From an uncultured Acidimicrobiaceae bacterium (lineage in GTDB: Bacteria > Actinomycetota > Acidimicrobiia > Acidimicrobiales > RAAP-2), in NCBI GenBank assembly GCA_963791015.1, contig CAWBQX010000006.1, positions 135,465 through 199,464 of the forward strand: a stretch of DNA of 64,000 nucleotides, given 5' to 3'. Positions within the stretch are counted from its first letter, which is position 1. The number at the start of each line of letters is the position of its first letter. A model generated the notes under the pieces. It was not told the DNA's origin and did no database searches. It saw only the letters and a list, made by a program, of their open reading frames with translations. Positions 50,026-59,664 of this stretch are shown here, one piece after another. The translations under genes were made by a program, and so were the position numbers.

Positions 50026-51429
50026 ATGCGCTACCCCGACATGGACGTCGCTGCCAGCCCGCTCGAGTTGATTGGCCACACCCCGATGGTTCGCCTCGGC
50101 ATTCTGGGGCGCGACATCGCCTGCGACGTCTTGGCCAAAATGGAGACCACCAACCCCGGCGGGAGCTCCAAGGATCGCCCGGCGCTGTCGATGATCCTGG
50201 CCGCCGAACACGACGGGCTGCTGCAGCCCGGCTACACGATCATCGAACCCACGAGTGGTAACACCGGGGTGGGTCTCGCCATCGTCGCCGCCCAGCGCGG
50301 ATACAAATGCATCTTTGTGATGAGCGACAAGATGGCGCCAGAGAAGATTGACGTGCTGCGCGCCTACGGCGCCGAGGTCGTCGTGTGTCCCACGGCCGTT
50401 GCCCCCGAGGACCCCGACTCGTACTACTCAACCGCCGAACGGCTCACCAAAGAGACCCCGAACTCGTTTCGCCCCGACCAATACTCGAATCCAAACAATC
50501 CGCTCGCGCACTACCAGACGACCGGTCCCGAGATCTGGGAACAGACCAACGGGCACGTCACCCACTTCGTGGCCGGCGCGGGTACCGGCGGGACGCTCAC
50601 CGGGGTTGCGCGCTATCTCAAGGAGCGCAACCCTGCGATCCGCGTGATCGCGGCCGACCCCCAAGGTTCGGTCTACTCAGGGGGTGCCGGGCGCCCCTAT
50701 CTGACCGAGGGCGTGGGTGAGGATTTCTGGCCCGAGAACTACGACCCCGCCCTGATCGATGAGGTCATCGCGGTGAGTGACGCCGACGCGTTCGCGATGG
50801 CACGAGAAATGACCCAGCGCGAGGGACTCTTAATTGGCGGCTCGGGCGGCACCGCAGTGGCGGCCGCCCTGCGGGTGGCGCGTGGCCTGAGCGATACGGA
50901 CGTCGTGGTTGTACTCATCCCCGACTCGGGACGGGGCTATCTCTCCAAGGTCTTCAACGACACCTGGATGACGGACTTCGGGTTCTTGCGCCCCCACAAC
51001 GAGATGGACGTGGGTGATGTGCTCGCCGACAAGATCGAACGCCAGGAGAGTTCTCTCGCCGACCTCGTTCTCGTGACGGAAGAGACACTGGTGCGCGACG
51101 CGATCTCGCTGATGCGCGAGAAAGACGTGTCGCAGTTGCTCGTCACGGTCACCGACGAACTGCCACTGGCCGCGAAGGAAGTCTCGGGTTCGCTCAGTGA
51201 GCTCGGACTTCTCGAGGCGACCACGCGCGATGAGTCCGTGTTGGACCTTCGCGTGAAGGACATCGCCGACCCCACGTTGCCCATGGTGGGCGTGGGGATG
51301 AGCGTGAAGGAACTCACCGGTCGCCTGGCCACCACGGCCGGGGTGCTGGTCCTGGATGGGGGACACCCGGTCGGCGTGCTCACGCGCAGCGACTTGCTCA
51401 GCTACCTCGAGCGAAGGAGATCGTCATGA
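50026..51429 (+). CDS. cbs: cystathionine beta-synthase (PLP fold-type II plus tandem CBS domains)
   Basis: NPGGSSKDRPA PLP-lysine motif, GTGGTLTG, C-terminal CBS pair; followed by a gamma-lyase gene. Confidence 0.85.
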   Translation: MRYPDMDVAASPLELIGHTPMVRLGILGRDIACDVLAKMETTNPGGSSKDRPALSMILAAEHDGLLQPGYTIIEPTSGNTGVGLAIVAAQRGYKCIFVMSDKMAPEKIDVLRAYGAEVVVCPTAVAPEDPDSYYSTAERLTKETPNSFRPDQYSNPNNPLAHYQTTGPEIWEQTNGHVTHFVAGAGTGGTLTGVARYLKERNPAIRVIAADPQGSVYSGGAGRPYLTEGVGEDFWPENYDPALIDEVIAVSDADAFAMAREMTQREGLLIGGSGGTAVAAALRVARGLSDTDVVVVLIPDSGRGYLSKVFNDTWMTDFGFLRPHNEMDVGDVLADKIERQESSLADLVLVTEETLVRDAISLMREKDVSQLLVTVTDELPLAAKEVSGSLSELGLLEATTRDESVLDLRVKDIADPTLPMVGVGMSVKELTGRLATTAGVLVLDGGHPVGVLTRSDLLSYLERRRSS

Positions 51430-52559
51430 AGGGTTTCAACACGCGTGCGATTCACGTGGGGTCCGATCCGGATCCATCGACCGGCGCGGTGAACCCTCCC
51501 GTTTACCTCACTTCGACCTACGCCCAGGACGGCGTGGGTGTGATTCGCTTCTCGGACTACGCGCGCGGCGACAACCCGACCCGGGCGGCCCTCGAAACCT
51601 GTCTGGCGAACCTCGAGGACGCGCAGTTCGGCGTGGCCTTCGCGTCGGGCCTGGCCGGGGAAGACGCACTGCTGCGCACGCTGGCGCCGGGTGACCACGT
51701 GATCATGGGCATCGACGCCTACGGCGGGACGTATCGACTGCTCACTCGCGTCTTTGGGGCCTGGGGGATCAGTGTGTCCACCGTGGACCTGAGCGACAGC
51801 GACGCCATCGAGTCGGCGTTTACAGCCACCACCAAGATGATCTGGGTCGAGACGCCAAGTAATCCGATGCTGAGTGTGGTCTCGATCGAGGCGCTGGCTT
51901 CTCACGCGCACTCCCACGACGCCCTGCTCGTGGTCGACAACACTTTCGCTACGCCGTACTTGCAGCGTCCGCTCAATCTGGGCGCCGACGTGGTGGTGCA
52001 CTCGACGACCAAGTACATCGGCGGTCACTCCGACGTGATCGGGGGATTCGTCGCGACGAACAACGAGGACGTGGCGACCAAGTTGAAGTTCCATCAGTAC
52101 GCGATCGGTGCCGTACCCGGACCGCTCGACTGCTATCTGCTCCTGCGAGGAATCAAGACGCTCGGGGTGAGGATGGATCGGCACTGCGAGAACGCGCGCG
52201 CCATCGTCGACTTTCTCGTGCAGCACGAAGCAGTCGAGGACGTCTATTACCCGGGCCTCGCCGGACACCCGGGCCACGAAGTAGCGCGCACCCAGATGCG
52301 CGACTTCGGCGGCATGATCAGTTTCACCGTGCGCGGCGGCAGTGACGTCGCGCGCAAGGTCTGTGAGTCCACAAGTGTGTTCATCCTCGCCGAGTCATTG
52401 GGCGGCGTGGAGAGCCTGATCGAGTTGCCCTCGGTCATGACCCATCTGTCGACCGCGGGCTCGACGCTCGAACCCCCGGACAACCTGGTGCGAATCAGCG
52501 TGGGTCTCGAAGACCTTGACGATCTGTTGGAAGATTTGGCGAACGCGCTCGCGCTTTAG
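51426..52559 (+). CDS. cystathionine gamma-lyase / gamma-synthase family (Cys/Met metabolism PLP enzyme)
   Basis: ATGA overlap with cbs; [16 protein letters not shown]-lysine motif; about 377 aa. Confidence 0.85.
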   Translation: MKGFNTRAIHVGSDPDPSTGAVNPPVYLTSTYAQDGVGVIRFSDYARGDNPTRAALETCLANLEDAQFGVAFASGLAGEDALLRTLAPGDHVIMGIDAYGGTYRLLTRVFGAWGISVSTVDLSDSDAIESAFTATTKMIWVETPSNPMLSVVSIEALASHAHSHDALLVVDNTFATPYLQRPLNLGADVVVHSTTKYIGGHSDVIGGFVATNNEDVATKLKFHQYAIGAVPGPLDCYLLLRGIKTLGVRMDRHCENARAIVDFLVQHEAVEDVYYPGLAGHPGHEVARTQMRDFGGMISFTVRGGSDVARKVCESTSVFILAESLGGVESLIELPSVMTHLSTAGSTLEPPDNLVRISVGLEDLDDLLEDLANALAL

Positions 52560-53479
52560 GCGTCGTCGAACATCGAGAGTGACAAGTCCCAGAGCTTCTG
52601 GGCGTTGTCGGGATCGATCGCGTAGGGGCTCACGCCACCACCGAAGGGGACAGGTTCCGTGGTAACCGCGGCTTCCTGGCAATCTTCGAAGTAGCGTCCC
52701 CCGACTCCCTCAACGAGGGGAGAACTCGCCAAGAACACTGAGGTGGCGGCTCCCTGTTCAACGGTCTTGCGCAACTCCTCGGGCGTTGTCATGCCGCCGA
52801 CGTGGCGCTGCAGGCGGGTCGGGATGGCACCGGGATTGAGCGCGTTGGCGAGAATGCCTTCGTGACCCCATCGTCGCGTGATCTCCACAGCGTGCAGCAC
52901 GTTGGCCGTTTTCGACTGCCCGTAGGCGAGCCAGGGGTCGTAGTCGCGGTTCTCGAAGTCGATGTCGGTGAAGTCCACGGGCGAAAGGTGGTGTGCGTTC
53001 GAGCTGACGGACACGACACGCGCCCCGTTCTCCGCCGCGGCGAGGGCCTGGTGCAAGGCGACGGTCAGTGCGAAGTGTCCGAGGTGGTTCGTGGCGAACT
53101 GCATCTCGTGACCGTCAAAAGAGAGTTCGAGTTCTGGGACGGCCATGATCCCGGCGTTGTTCACGAGGATGTCGAGCGGTCCAAGCCAGGTTGCGGCAAA
53201 GTTCCGCAGAGATACTTCTTCCGTGAGGTCCAGCTGGGCGACCTGAATGCTCTGATTCCCCGTTACGAACACGATGTCGCGCGCGACCAGACCACCAGCT
53301 TCGACGTCGCGCGCAGCGATCGTAACCTCGGCACCGGCTTGGGCGAGGGCGCGTGCGGTCTCTGCTCCGATACCCGACGCGCCACCGGTCACAATCGCCC
53401 GCTTGCCGGAGAGATCCACACCCTCGAGGACTTCCAGGGCGGTCGTTGTGCGAGTGAACGGCGACGTGATAGGTGCCAT
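52556..53479 (-). CDS. SDR-family oxidoreductase
   Basis: TGGASGIGAET cofactor motif, NNAG, catalytic Y..K (YGQSK). Confidence 0.8.
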   Translation of the reverse strand: MAPITSPFTRTTTALEVLEGVDLSGKRAIVTGGASGIGAETARALAQAGAEVTIAARDVEAGGLVARDIVFVTGNQSIQVAQLDLTEEVSLRNFAATWLGPLDILVNNAGIMAVPELELSFDGHEMQFATNHLGHFALTVALHQALAAAENGARVVSVSSNAHHLSPVDFTDIDFENRDYDPWLAYGQSKTANVLHAVEITRRWGHEGILANALNPGAIPTRLQRHVGGMTTPEELRKTVEQGAATSVFLASSPLVEGVGGRYFEDCQEAAVTTEPVPFGGGVSPYAIDPDNAQKLWDLSLSMFDDA

Positions 53480-53519
53480 GTGGAGGAGTGTATCGAGTTA
53501 CGAGAGGTAGATTCTCCTG

Positions 53520-54074
53520 GTGAATCCCCCGTTCCTGCTCATCCTGACCGGCCCGCCAGGCGCGGGAAAGACCACCGTGGCCCCGCTCGTGGCCGAGCAC
53601 TTTTCACCGTCGGTGGTCATCGAGGGCGATGCGCTCTGGGCGAATGTCGTTCGCGGGTTCATCGATCCGTGGAAGGCCGCGGCCCACGAGCAGAATCGCG
53701 TGCTGGTTCGCGCATCGATCGCAGCGGCGACCACGCTCGTGCGAGGCGGATATGCGACCATTCTCTCCGGGCATCTGGGGCCGTGGTTTCTCGATGAACT
53801 GGCCGACGACCTCCGCACGATTGGTGCGCCGGTCGTCTACGTGGTGATCCGTCCTACGATCGACGACTGCCTCGCGCGCTGCGTCGAAAGGCAGAGTAAT
53901 CCCCGCCACGCGGGTGCGTTGAGCGACGTGGCAGCGATACGAGACCTGTACGAGGGGTATTCGGATCTCGGTGCGTACGAAGATCACGTGGTGGACACGT
54001 CGACCCTTGACGCCGGTGGCGCTGCGACGCGAATCGTAAGCGCGATGGACTCAGGTGATTTCGCGCTGATTTAA
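53520..54074 (+). CDS. P-loop kinase-like protein (AAA_33 / small-molecule kinase type)
   Basis: LILTGPPGAGKTTVA Walker A, 184 aa; no substrate inference possible. Confidence 0.55.
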   Translation: MNPPFLLILTGPPGAGKTTVAPLVAEHFSPSVVIEGDALWANVVRGFIDPWKAAAHEQNRVLVRASIAAATTLVRGGYATILSGHLGPWFLDELADDLRTIGAPVVYVVIRPTIDDCLARCVERQSNPRHAGALSDVAAIRDLYEGYSDLGAYEDHVVDTSTLDAGGAATRIVSAMDSGDFALI

Positions 54075-54088
54075 GGGGGCTGACTATC

Positions 54089-54586
54089 GTGGTGCACCTC
54101 GAAGGTGTGTGGCGAGGGAGAACCCCGATGAGTACGACCATCTGTCGGCGTGCCGGCGACGACGACTTCGCAGAGTTGGCAGCGTTGCGATTCGAATGGC
54201 GCGTCGATGAGCGAGGCGAACACGGCCTCGAGGCCACGGCGTTCAAACGCCAGATGATCGAGTGGATGCGAGAACATCGAACCTCGCATCAGGGGTATCT
54301 GGCCGCGCGCGACGGGGTCAACGTGGGCTGTGCGTGGCTGTGCGTCGTCGACCGTGTGCCCGCACCCGCAGAGTTCGTGCGTCGCTCAGGCATTATTCAA
54401 AGTGTCTACGTGAGAGCGAGCTTCCGCAATGTCGGAATCGGCTCCGACCTCATTCGATTCGTCATCGACGAGTCACGCGCGATGGAACTGTCGTACCTAG
54501 GTCTGCATCCGTCGGAGCGGTCCGTCTCGTTTTACGAGCGTCTGGGCTTTGCACCCTACGAGCGAGCGCTGGAGCTTCGCTTCTAG
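54089..54586 (+). CDS. GNAT-family N-acetyltransferase
   Basis: VYVRASFRNVGIGSDLI..., FYERLGF. Alternative ATG start at 54128. Confidence 0.7.
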   Translation: MVHLEGVWRGRTPMSTTICRRAGDDDFAELAALRFEWRVDERGEHGLEATAFKRQMIEWMREHRTSHQGYLAARDGVNVGCAWLCVVDRVPAPAEFVRRSGIIQSVYVRASFRNVGIGSDLIRFVIDESRAMELSYLGLHPSERSVSFYERLGFAPYERALELRF

Positions 54587-55215
54587 TTAGCGTCGCTCTT
54601 GTCCTCGATCTCCCAGGCGTGATCGACGATGTGCCAGGCGACGCGCCGAATCGCGTAGCGCGCCGGCCATTTCGCTGCCTGGGTCTTGGCGCGCAATGTC
54701 GTGACCACGACCTCGCGCTGTTCGTCCCAGGGTGTACGCGGCGCCACCCGATATCCGGCCCGCGAGCAGTAGGCCCGTTCGGCTTCACGTACGTGATCCA
54801 CGACGGCGTCGCGATCGCGCCCTCCGCCTCGAGGGCCGCGCCGCAGGGTGGCTGGCGCGTGATTCACGACGTCATCGAAATAGGTCCAACAGTCTTGGAG
54901 GAGTGCAATCTGGCGCGAGAGCTCCTTTGACGTGAGGGCTGTCTCGTCGAAGGGTCCACGGGCGTCCGGCGCACCAAAGTCAGTTGTCGCATTGCCTTTC
55001 AATGTCGCCACAACCTGTAGGTTCCCCGGTCTGAAGGTAATGGACGGAATCTTGGCGTAGCGGTCCCGGTAGTCGTCGAGGGATTCGAGTGCGAGGTCGG
55101 CGGTCTTGGCCCGCCGGCACCACCCCGGCCAGTCCAGCGACACAGCGAACACCGAGGTCTTGCCCTCTTCTACGTAGACGCGCGACGTTCCCACCGAACC
55201 TCCTCTCCGACGCAA
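54583..55215 (-). CDS. hypothetical protein (C-terminal region faintly DinB-like)
   Basis: Intact 210-aa ORF sharing its stop region with the convergent GNAT gene; ..AIRRVAWHIVDHAWEIED; no confident family. Confidence 0.45.
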   Translation of the reverse strand: MRRRGGSVGTSRVYVEEGKTSVFAVSLDWPGWCRRAKTADLALESLDDYRDRYAKIPSITFRPGNLQVVATLKGNATTDFGAPDARGPFDETALTSKELSRQIALLQDCWTYFDDVVNHAPATLRRGPRGGGRDRDAVVDHVREAERAYCSRAGYRVAPRTPWDEQREVVVTTLRAKTQAAKWPARYAIRRVAWHIVDHAWEIEDKSDAN

Positions 55216-55254
55216 GTTATCCGCTTGGTGTGTCAGTCCTAAAGGCGCAGTGCT

Positions 55255-56151
55255 CTACAAAGATTCGGCGAGCGCCGCGGCATTTTCCAGCCCGCGTCGG
55301 CCCACCTCGAGGTAGCTCGCTCGCTCCGTGAGGCCGAGGGACACCATCATGAGCCCAAAGAGCAGAGCCCACCCGATCGTTCGCCACGATGTCGCCTTGT
55401 CGACGTCTCCGTAGGCCGAAAAGAACGTGTCGACGTGAGCCAGGGGCAACGACAACAAGCCGCCCGCCAGGTCAGTGGCGGGATCTCCGGCGCAGAGGTC
55501 TCCAAAGTCGACCACCCCGACGAGTTCGGCCTCGCGAAAAATCATGTTGCCCGGGTGAAAGTCGCCGTGGATCCAGCGCGGTGCGAGCGACCACGGCGCT
55601 GCCGCGCACGCGCGTTGCCACAACTGGAGGGTCTCATCGATGTCGACTTCGCCCCCGAGCTCCCAGATTCGCCGTTCGCCGTCGGCCGTGCGCTCGGCGA
55701 GTGGGACGCTTCGCCACGGGTTGATCGGAGCGTCGAGAGGGGCGTCGCAGTGGAGTTCGTGCAGGAAGGTGGCCATGGCGCGCGCGGCGGCACCGTCGGC
55801 GTCCTGGTCGTTCTCGTCGCCCGGGATGCCCTCGATCCAGTGGCCGACCAGCCAGGGCCAGGGGAACCGCTCGCTGGGGGATCCGGCGCGCAAGGGGGCC
55901 GGGGTCCGCAAGGTGAGGCGCGAGGCGAGAGGATTCAGCCACGCGATTTCGTTTTCCATCGGGACGACGGCCGCCGCGCGACGCGGTAGGCGCACGACGA
56001 GGTCGTCGCCCAGTCGCCACAGGAAGTTGTCGAAACCCTCACCAATGTGCCAACACTCGTGGTCGGCGATCTCGGGAAATTGGGTGCGCAGAATATCTCG
56101 CACCAACGCCTCATCGACGTGCATCTCCGCGTGGGGCCAGCTCACACTCAC
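55255..56151 (-). CDS. aminoglycoside/small-molecule phosphotransferase (APH family)
   Basis: Brenner motif IHGDFHPGNMIF and VVDFGDLCAGDPATDLA. Confidence 0.8.
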   Translation of the reverse strand: MSVSWPHAEMHVDEALVRDILRTQFPEIADHECWHIGEGFDNFLWRLGDDLVVRLPRRAAAVVPMENEIAWLNPLASRLTLRTPAPLRAGSPSERFPWPWLVGHWIEGIPGDENDQDADGAAARAMATFLHELHCDAPLDAPINPWRSVPLAERTADGERRIWELGGEVDIDETLQLWQRACAAAPWSLAPRWIHGDFHPGNMIFREAELVGVVDFGDLCAGDPATDLAGGLLSLPLAHVDTFFSAYGDVDKATSWRTIGWALLFGLMMVSLGLTERASYLEVGRRGLENAAALAESL

Positions 56152-56169
56152 TCAGTAAAAACTAGGGTT

Positions 56170-56793
56170 TTACTCGCCGCCGCGCTGGCGCTGCGCGAGG
56201 GCTACGGCATCCAGAGTCGGAACGGGAATGAGATCCCAGATACTGCAGTTGCCCACGGCCATCATGTCCAGACCCTCGAGTGCGGTGTCCAACACGTAGG
56301 CGTGCAGCGCGCGGATGGTGCCGCCGTGGGTAACGACAAGGAGCCGTGTGTCACCGAGTGTGTCCAGCGTGTCGTCGAGGAAGGATCCAGCTCGAATGAC
56401 GACGTCGCGAAACGACTCGCCGCCAGCCGGTCGAGCGTCGGGATCGATCAGCACGCCGTCAGTGATGCCGCTACTCGCGGGACCGAGAAACTCCAGGGGT
56501 TGGCCCTCGAGGGCCCCGAAACACCGTTCGCGAAGCCGCAGGTCGCTTCGCACATCGAGTTCAAGTTCCCTGGCGATAATCTCGGCCGTTTGGCGGGCCC
56601 GGCGCAGGTCGCTCGAGACAATATGAGTAAACCCCAATGATTTCAGGGTCTGTGCGGCCGAGAGCGCTTCGTTCTGGCCCCGTGGCGTGAGTTCCGCGTC
56701 GTCGTTTTGCCCCTGGATGAGGCTGCGTTCGTTCCACGTGCTCTGCCCGTGACGAACGAGCGTCACGCGAGCGCTGGGGGTGGGCGACGTCAT
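56170..56793 (-). CDS. histidine phosphatase (phosphoglycerate mutase-like) family protein
   Basis: VTLVRHGQSTWN catalytic RHG motif, second His in VVTHGGTI. Confidence 0.85.
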   Translation of the reverse strand: MTSPTPSARVTLVRHGQSTWNERSLIQGQNDDAELTPRGQNEALSAAQTLKSLGFTHIVSSDLRRARQTAEIIARELELDVRSDLRLRERCFGALEGQPLEFLGPASSGITDGVLIDPDARPAGGESFRDVVIRAGSFLDDTLDTLGDTRLLVVTHGGTIRALHAYVLDTALEGLDMMAVGNCSIWDLIPVPTLDAVALAQRQRGGE

Positions 56794-56945
56794 GACGGCC
56801 AGGCTAATGAGTGAAACAAGGGGCTCCGAGCGCTCTGGCTACCGGGGTGAGGCAAGTATTCACAGGAATATCCAAGCGATTCCTGAGAAGAACTCACCAC
56901 GATCTTAGGCACTTCTCTAAAGAATTGGCAAAGACGTCGTTTACG

Positions 56946-57731
56946 ATGGCAGACGTGACTTTGACCCTGCCTCAGCGAAGTTCCAAGCCCCGTACCGGTG
57001 GCCTCACGATGATCATCGACAAGGGTGCGCCCACCCGACAGTTCGAAGATCTCATTGACAGCCATAGCGCGCATATCGACTTCGTCAAGTTCGGGTGGGG
57101 TACGTCGGTCGTGACTACCAACTTTTCTGACAAGCTCGACATCCTGAAAAACGCAGGCGTGGACTTCTACTTGGGCGGAACGCTGTTTGAGAAGTACGTG
57201 CAACAGCACCGCTTTGAGGAGTTCCGCGATCTGTGCGTCGGCTACGGCTGCAGCTTCGTCGAAGTGTCCAACGGCACGATCGACATCAGCAATGACGACA
57301 AGGCCGAGTACGTCAAGCGGCTCTCGGACGACTTCTTCGTGATCTCCGAGGTGGGTTCGAAGGACCAAGAGGCGTCTGACCTGATGGCACCCCATAAATG
57401 GGTGAGTTTTATCAACGCGGACATCGAGGCCGGGGCAGTTCTGGTCACCCTGGAGACTCGCGAGGGCGGTAAGGGTGGCATCTGCCGATCCAACGGCGAG
57501 CTGCGGTATGGCCTCATCGAGGAGATCCTGTCCGCCAAGATCGACTACGGCAAACTTCTTTTCGAGGCCCCCTCGACCGAGCTGCAGACGTACTTTGTGC
57601 GCCGGATCGGTCCCGACGTTAACCTCGGCAACATCGCAATCACCGACGTCATTCCCTTGGAGACCATTCGCCTCGGCCTGCGTAGCGAGACGCTGCTTGA
57701 CTTTGAACCTGGCTCTGCCGACGACTTCTAG
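56946..57731 (+). CDS. comA: (2R)-phospho-3-sulfolactate synthase (ComA family)
   Basis: ATG 56946; LPQRSSKPRTGGLTMIIDKG, IDFVKFGWGTS, YLGGTLFE, FVEVSNGTI, ISEVGSKD match the ComA family along the full length. Confidence 0.8.
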   Translation: MADVTLTLPQRSSKPRTGGLTMIIDKGAPTRQFEDLIDSHSAHIDFVKFGWGTSVVTTNFSDKLDILKNAGVDFYLGGTLFEKYVQQHRFEEFRDLCVGYGCSFVEVSNGTIDISNDDKAEYVKRLSDDFFVISEVGSKDQEASDLMAPHKWVSFINADIEAGAVLVTLETREGGKGGICRSNGELRYGLIEEILSAKIDYGKLLFEAPSTELQTYFVRRIGPDVNLGNIAITDVIPLETIRLGLRSETLLDFEPGSADDF

Positions 57732-57733
57732 CT

Positions 57734-58147
57734 ATGAGAGAAAGTCGTGACGTTTTTCACCTCGCTATCCCGGCCTACGACCTCGACGAGACGGTTGAGT
57801 TCTACGTCACCAAGCTGGGCTGCAAACTGGCTCGTCGCTACGACGACCGCGTAACGTTCGACTTTTTCGGGGACCAACTGGTCTGCCACCTCAGCGAGGC
57901 TCCGGCCGAGCGCGTGCCCATGAACGAGTTGCCCATGTACCCGCGACATTTCGGCGTGACGTTCCGCGAGCAGCGCGACTTTGACCAGCTCTACCAGCTC
58001 TGCCAACAGCGCGATGTGCCGTTCTTCGCCGACGTCAGTCTTCGATTCGAGGGCCGAGTTGAGGTGCACCAGACGTTTGTCGTGTGCGATCCCTCCTCGA
58101 ATCTCCTCGAGTTCAAGCATTACGCTGACTCGCGCATGATGTACTAA
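57734..58147 (+). CDS. VOC (glyoxalase/dioxygenase-fold) family protein
   Basis: FHLAIPAYDLDETVEFY..LGC, HFGV, DPSSNLLEFK; 137 aa. Confidence 0.7.
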   Translation: MRESRDVFHLAIPAYDLDETVEFYVTKLGCKLARRYDDRVTFDFFGDQLVCHLSEAPAERVPMNELPMYPRHFGVTFREQRDFDQLYQLCQQRDVPFFADVSLRFEGRVEVHQTFVVCDPSSNLLEFKHYADSRMMY

Positions 58148-58158
58148 GCGTCGGGTCG

Positions 58159-59649
58159 ATGGAGTCCCCCACCTCGACGGATCCCCTCTTCGCTCTCGTT
58201 CGCGAACGCTCGCACGAGCGCGCCGACGCGCCCTACCTGCTCGACGCGCGCTCGACGAATGTCGTCACCTATGAACGCTTGAGCGAGCAACTTGTTCATC
58301 ACCGTCGAGCTCTGCGGTCGTGGGGCCTCGCCTCAGGCGAGCGCGTCGGGCTCGTGATCGCCGACCCGTTGACCTTCGCGGAGTGGTATCTCGCGGTCAT
58401 CTCCCTCGGCGCGTGGGCCGCCCCCTTGGACCCGACCCCCGCCGCACTGACATCTTCAAGCTCCCGAGCGAACGCACTGAGTGTGAAGTTCGTCGTCAGC
58501 GATCGATCGCGCCCCGCAGGCAACGTCACCAATTGGATCGAGATGAACGCGCCAATGCTTCTTCTCGCGGGCGTGGCTGACGAAGAACATCCGGCTCTGG
58601 GCGGCCTCCTGTTGTCCTCATCGGGGACGACCGGGACGCCCAAGGTGATGGCTCTGGGCGTCGAGCAACTCTTGGCGACCGCGCAGTTGATCGCTCAGCA
58701 TCACCAGTTCACGCCAAGCGATCGGGGCTTCAATCCGTTGCCTCTCTGGCACGTCAACGCTGAGGTCGTGGGACTCCTTGCGACATTGGTTGCGGGGTCG
58801 TCTCTCGTGCTCGACGATCGCTTCCACCGCACTGGGTTCTGGAAGCTCGTCAACGAACTGGACGTCACGTGGATCAATGCGGTGCCAGCAATCATCTCGC
58901 GACTCGCGACCTTGGACGAGGGCGAGATCCCTTCGCGTCACATTCGCTTCATTCGATCGGCCTCGGCCCCGCTGGCCCCGTCGCTCTTTGAGCGCTTCGA
59001 GGCGCAGGTCGGCGTGCCGATCGTCCAGTCCTACGGCATGACCGAAGCAGCGAGTCAGATCTGTGTCTCGCCGATCGACGAGGTTCGCAAGGCGGGATCA
59101 GTCGGTCGGCCCGCCGGCGTGCAGGTACGGGTGTTGGCGGAGGGTTCCGAGGTCGGTCCGATCGAGATCAAGGGACCGACCGTTATCACGCGATACGAGA
59201 GCCCCGGTTACGAGGGCCGATTCGACGCCGACGGGTGGCTTCGCACCGGAGACCTCGGGTACTTCGACGACGATGGCTACCTCTTCATCATGGGCCGCGA
59301 CGACGACGTCATCAATCGCGGCGGCGAAAAGATCTACCCGCTCGAAATTGAAGAGATCCTCGCCACGGTCGACGGCGTGGCTCGCGTCGCGGTCGTGGGA
59401 CTCGAGGACGAGGTGTTCGGCCAGGTGCCCGTTGCGTTCGTGCAACCCGAAGCGGATCAACTTCGCGCGAGCGACTACGCGCCGTTAGTCGCTCGCGTGC
59501 GCGACAAGGCGAGCGAGCTCCTCTCCCCGACGCGACGACCCATGAGCGTCAACGTGGTCGAGGCGCTGCCCGCCCACGCGACCGGCAAGATCCAGAACGC
59601 GACCTTGCGCAGTGGCGACGTCACGGTCCTCTACGAAGAGCGTCTGTAG
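58159..59649 (+). CDS. AMP-forming adenylating enzyme (acyl-CoA synthetase/ANL superfamily)
   Basis: LLSSSGTTGTPK (A3), YGMTE (A5), GDLGYFDDDGYLFIMGRDDDVINRGGEKIYP (A7/A8), ATGKI (A10). Confidence 0.8.
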   Translation: MESPTSTDPLFALVRERSHERADAPYLLDARSTNVVTYERLSEQLVHHRRALRSWGLASGERVGLVIADPLTFAEWYLAVISLGAWAAPLDPTPAALTSSSSRANALSVKFVVSDRSRPAGNVTNWIEMNAPMLLLAGVADEEHPALGGLLLSSSGTTGTPKVMALGVEQLLATAQLIAQHHQFTPSDRGFNPLPLWHVNAEVVGLLATLVAGSSLVLDDRFHRTGFWKLVNELDVTWINAVPAIISRLATLDEGEIPSRHIRFIRSASAPLAPSLFERFEAQVGVPIVQSYGMTEAASQICVSPIDEVRKAGSVGRPAGVQVRVLAEGSEVGPIEIKGPTVITRYESPGYEGRFDADGWLRTGDLGYFDDDGYLFIMGRDDDVINRGGEKIYPLEIEEILATVDGVARVAVVGLEDEVFGQVPVAFVQPEADQLRASDYAPLVARVRDKASELLSPTRRPMSVNVVEALPAHATGKIQNATLRSGDVTVLYEERL

Positions 59650-59664
59650 CCCGGTGGGAAGATT

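Noticed and set aside
56794-56945. 152-nt comparatively AT-rich leader upstream of comA with a small hairpin (AGGAAT-N9-ATTCCT at 56866-56886) as a candidate riboswitch
   Set aside because: No match to any riboswitch core I know. It is a divergent promoter region, so AT-richness is expected. Mentioned only within the ComA cluster finding.
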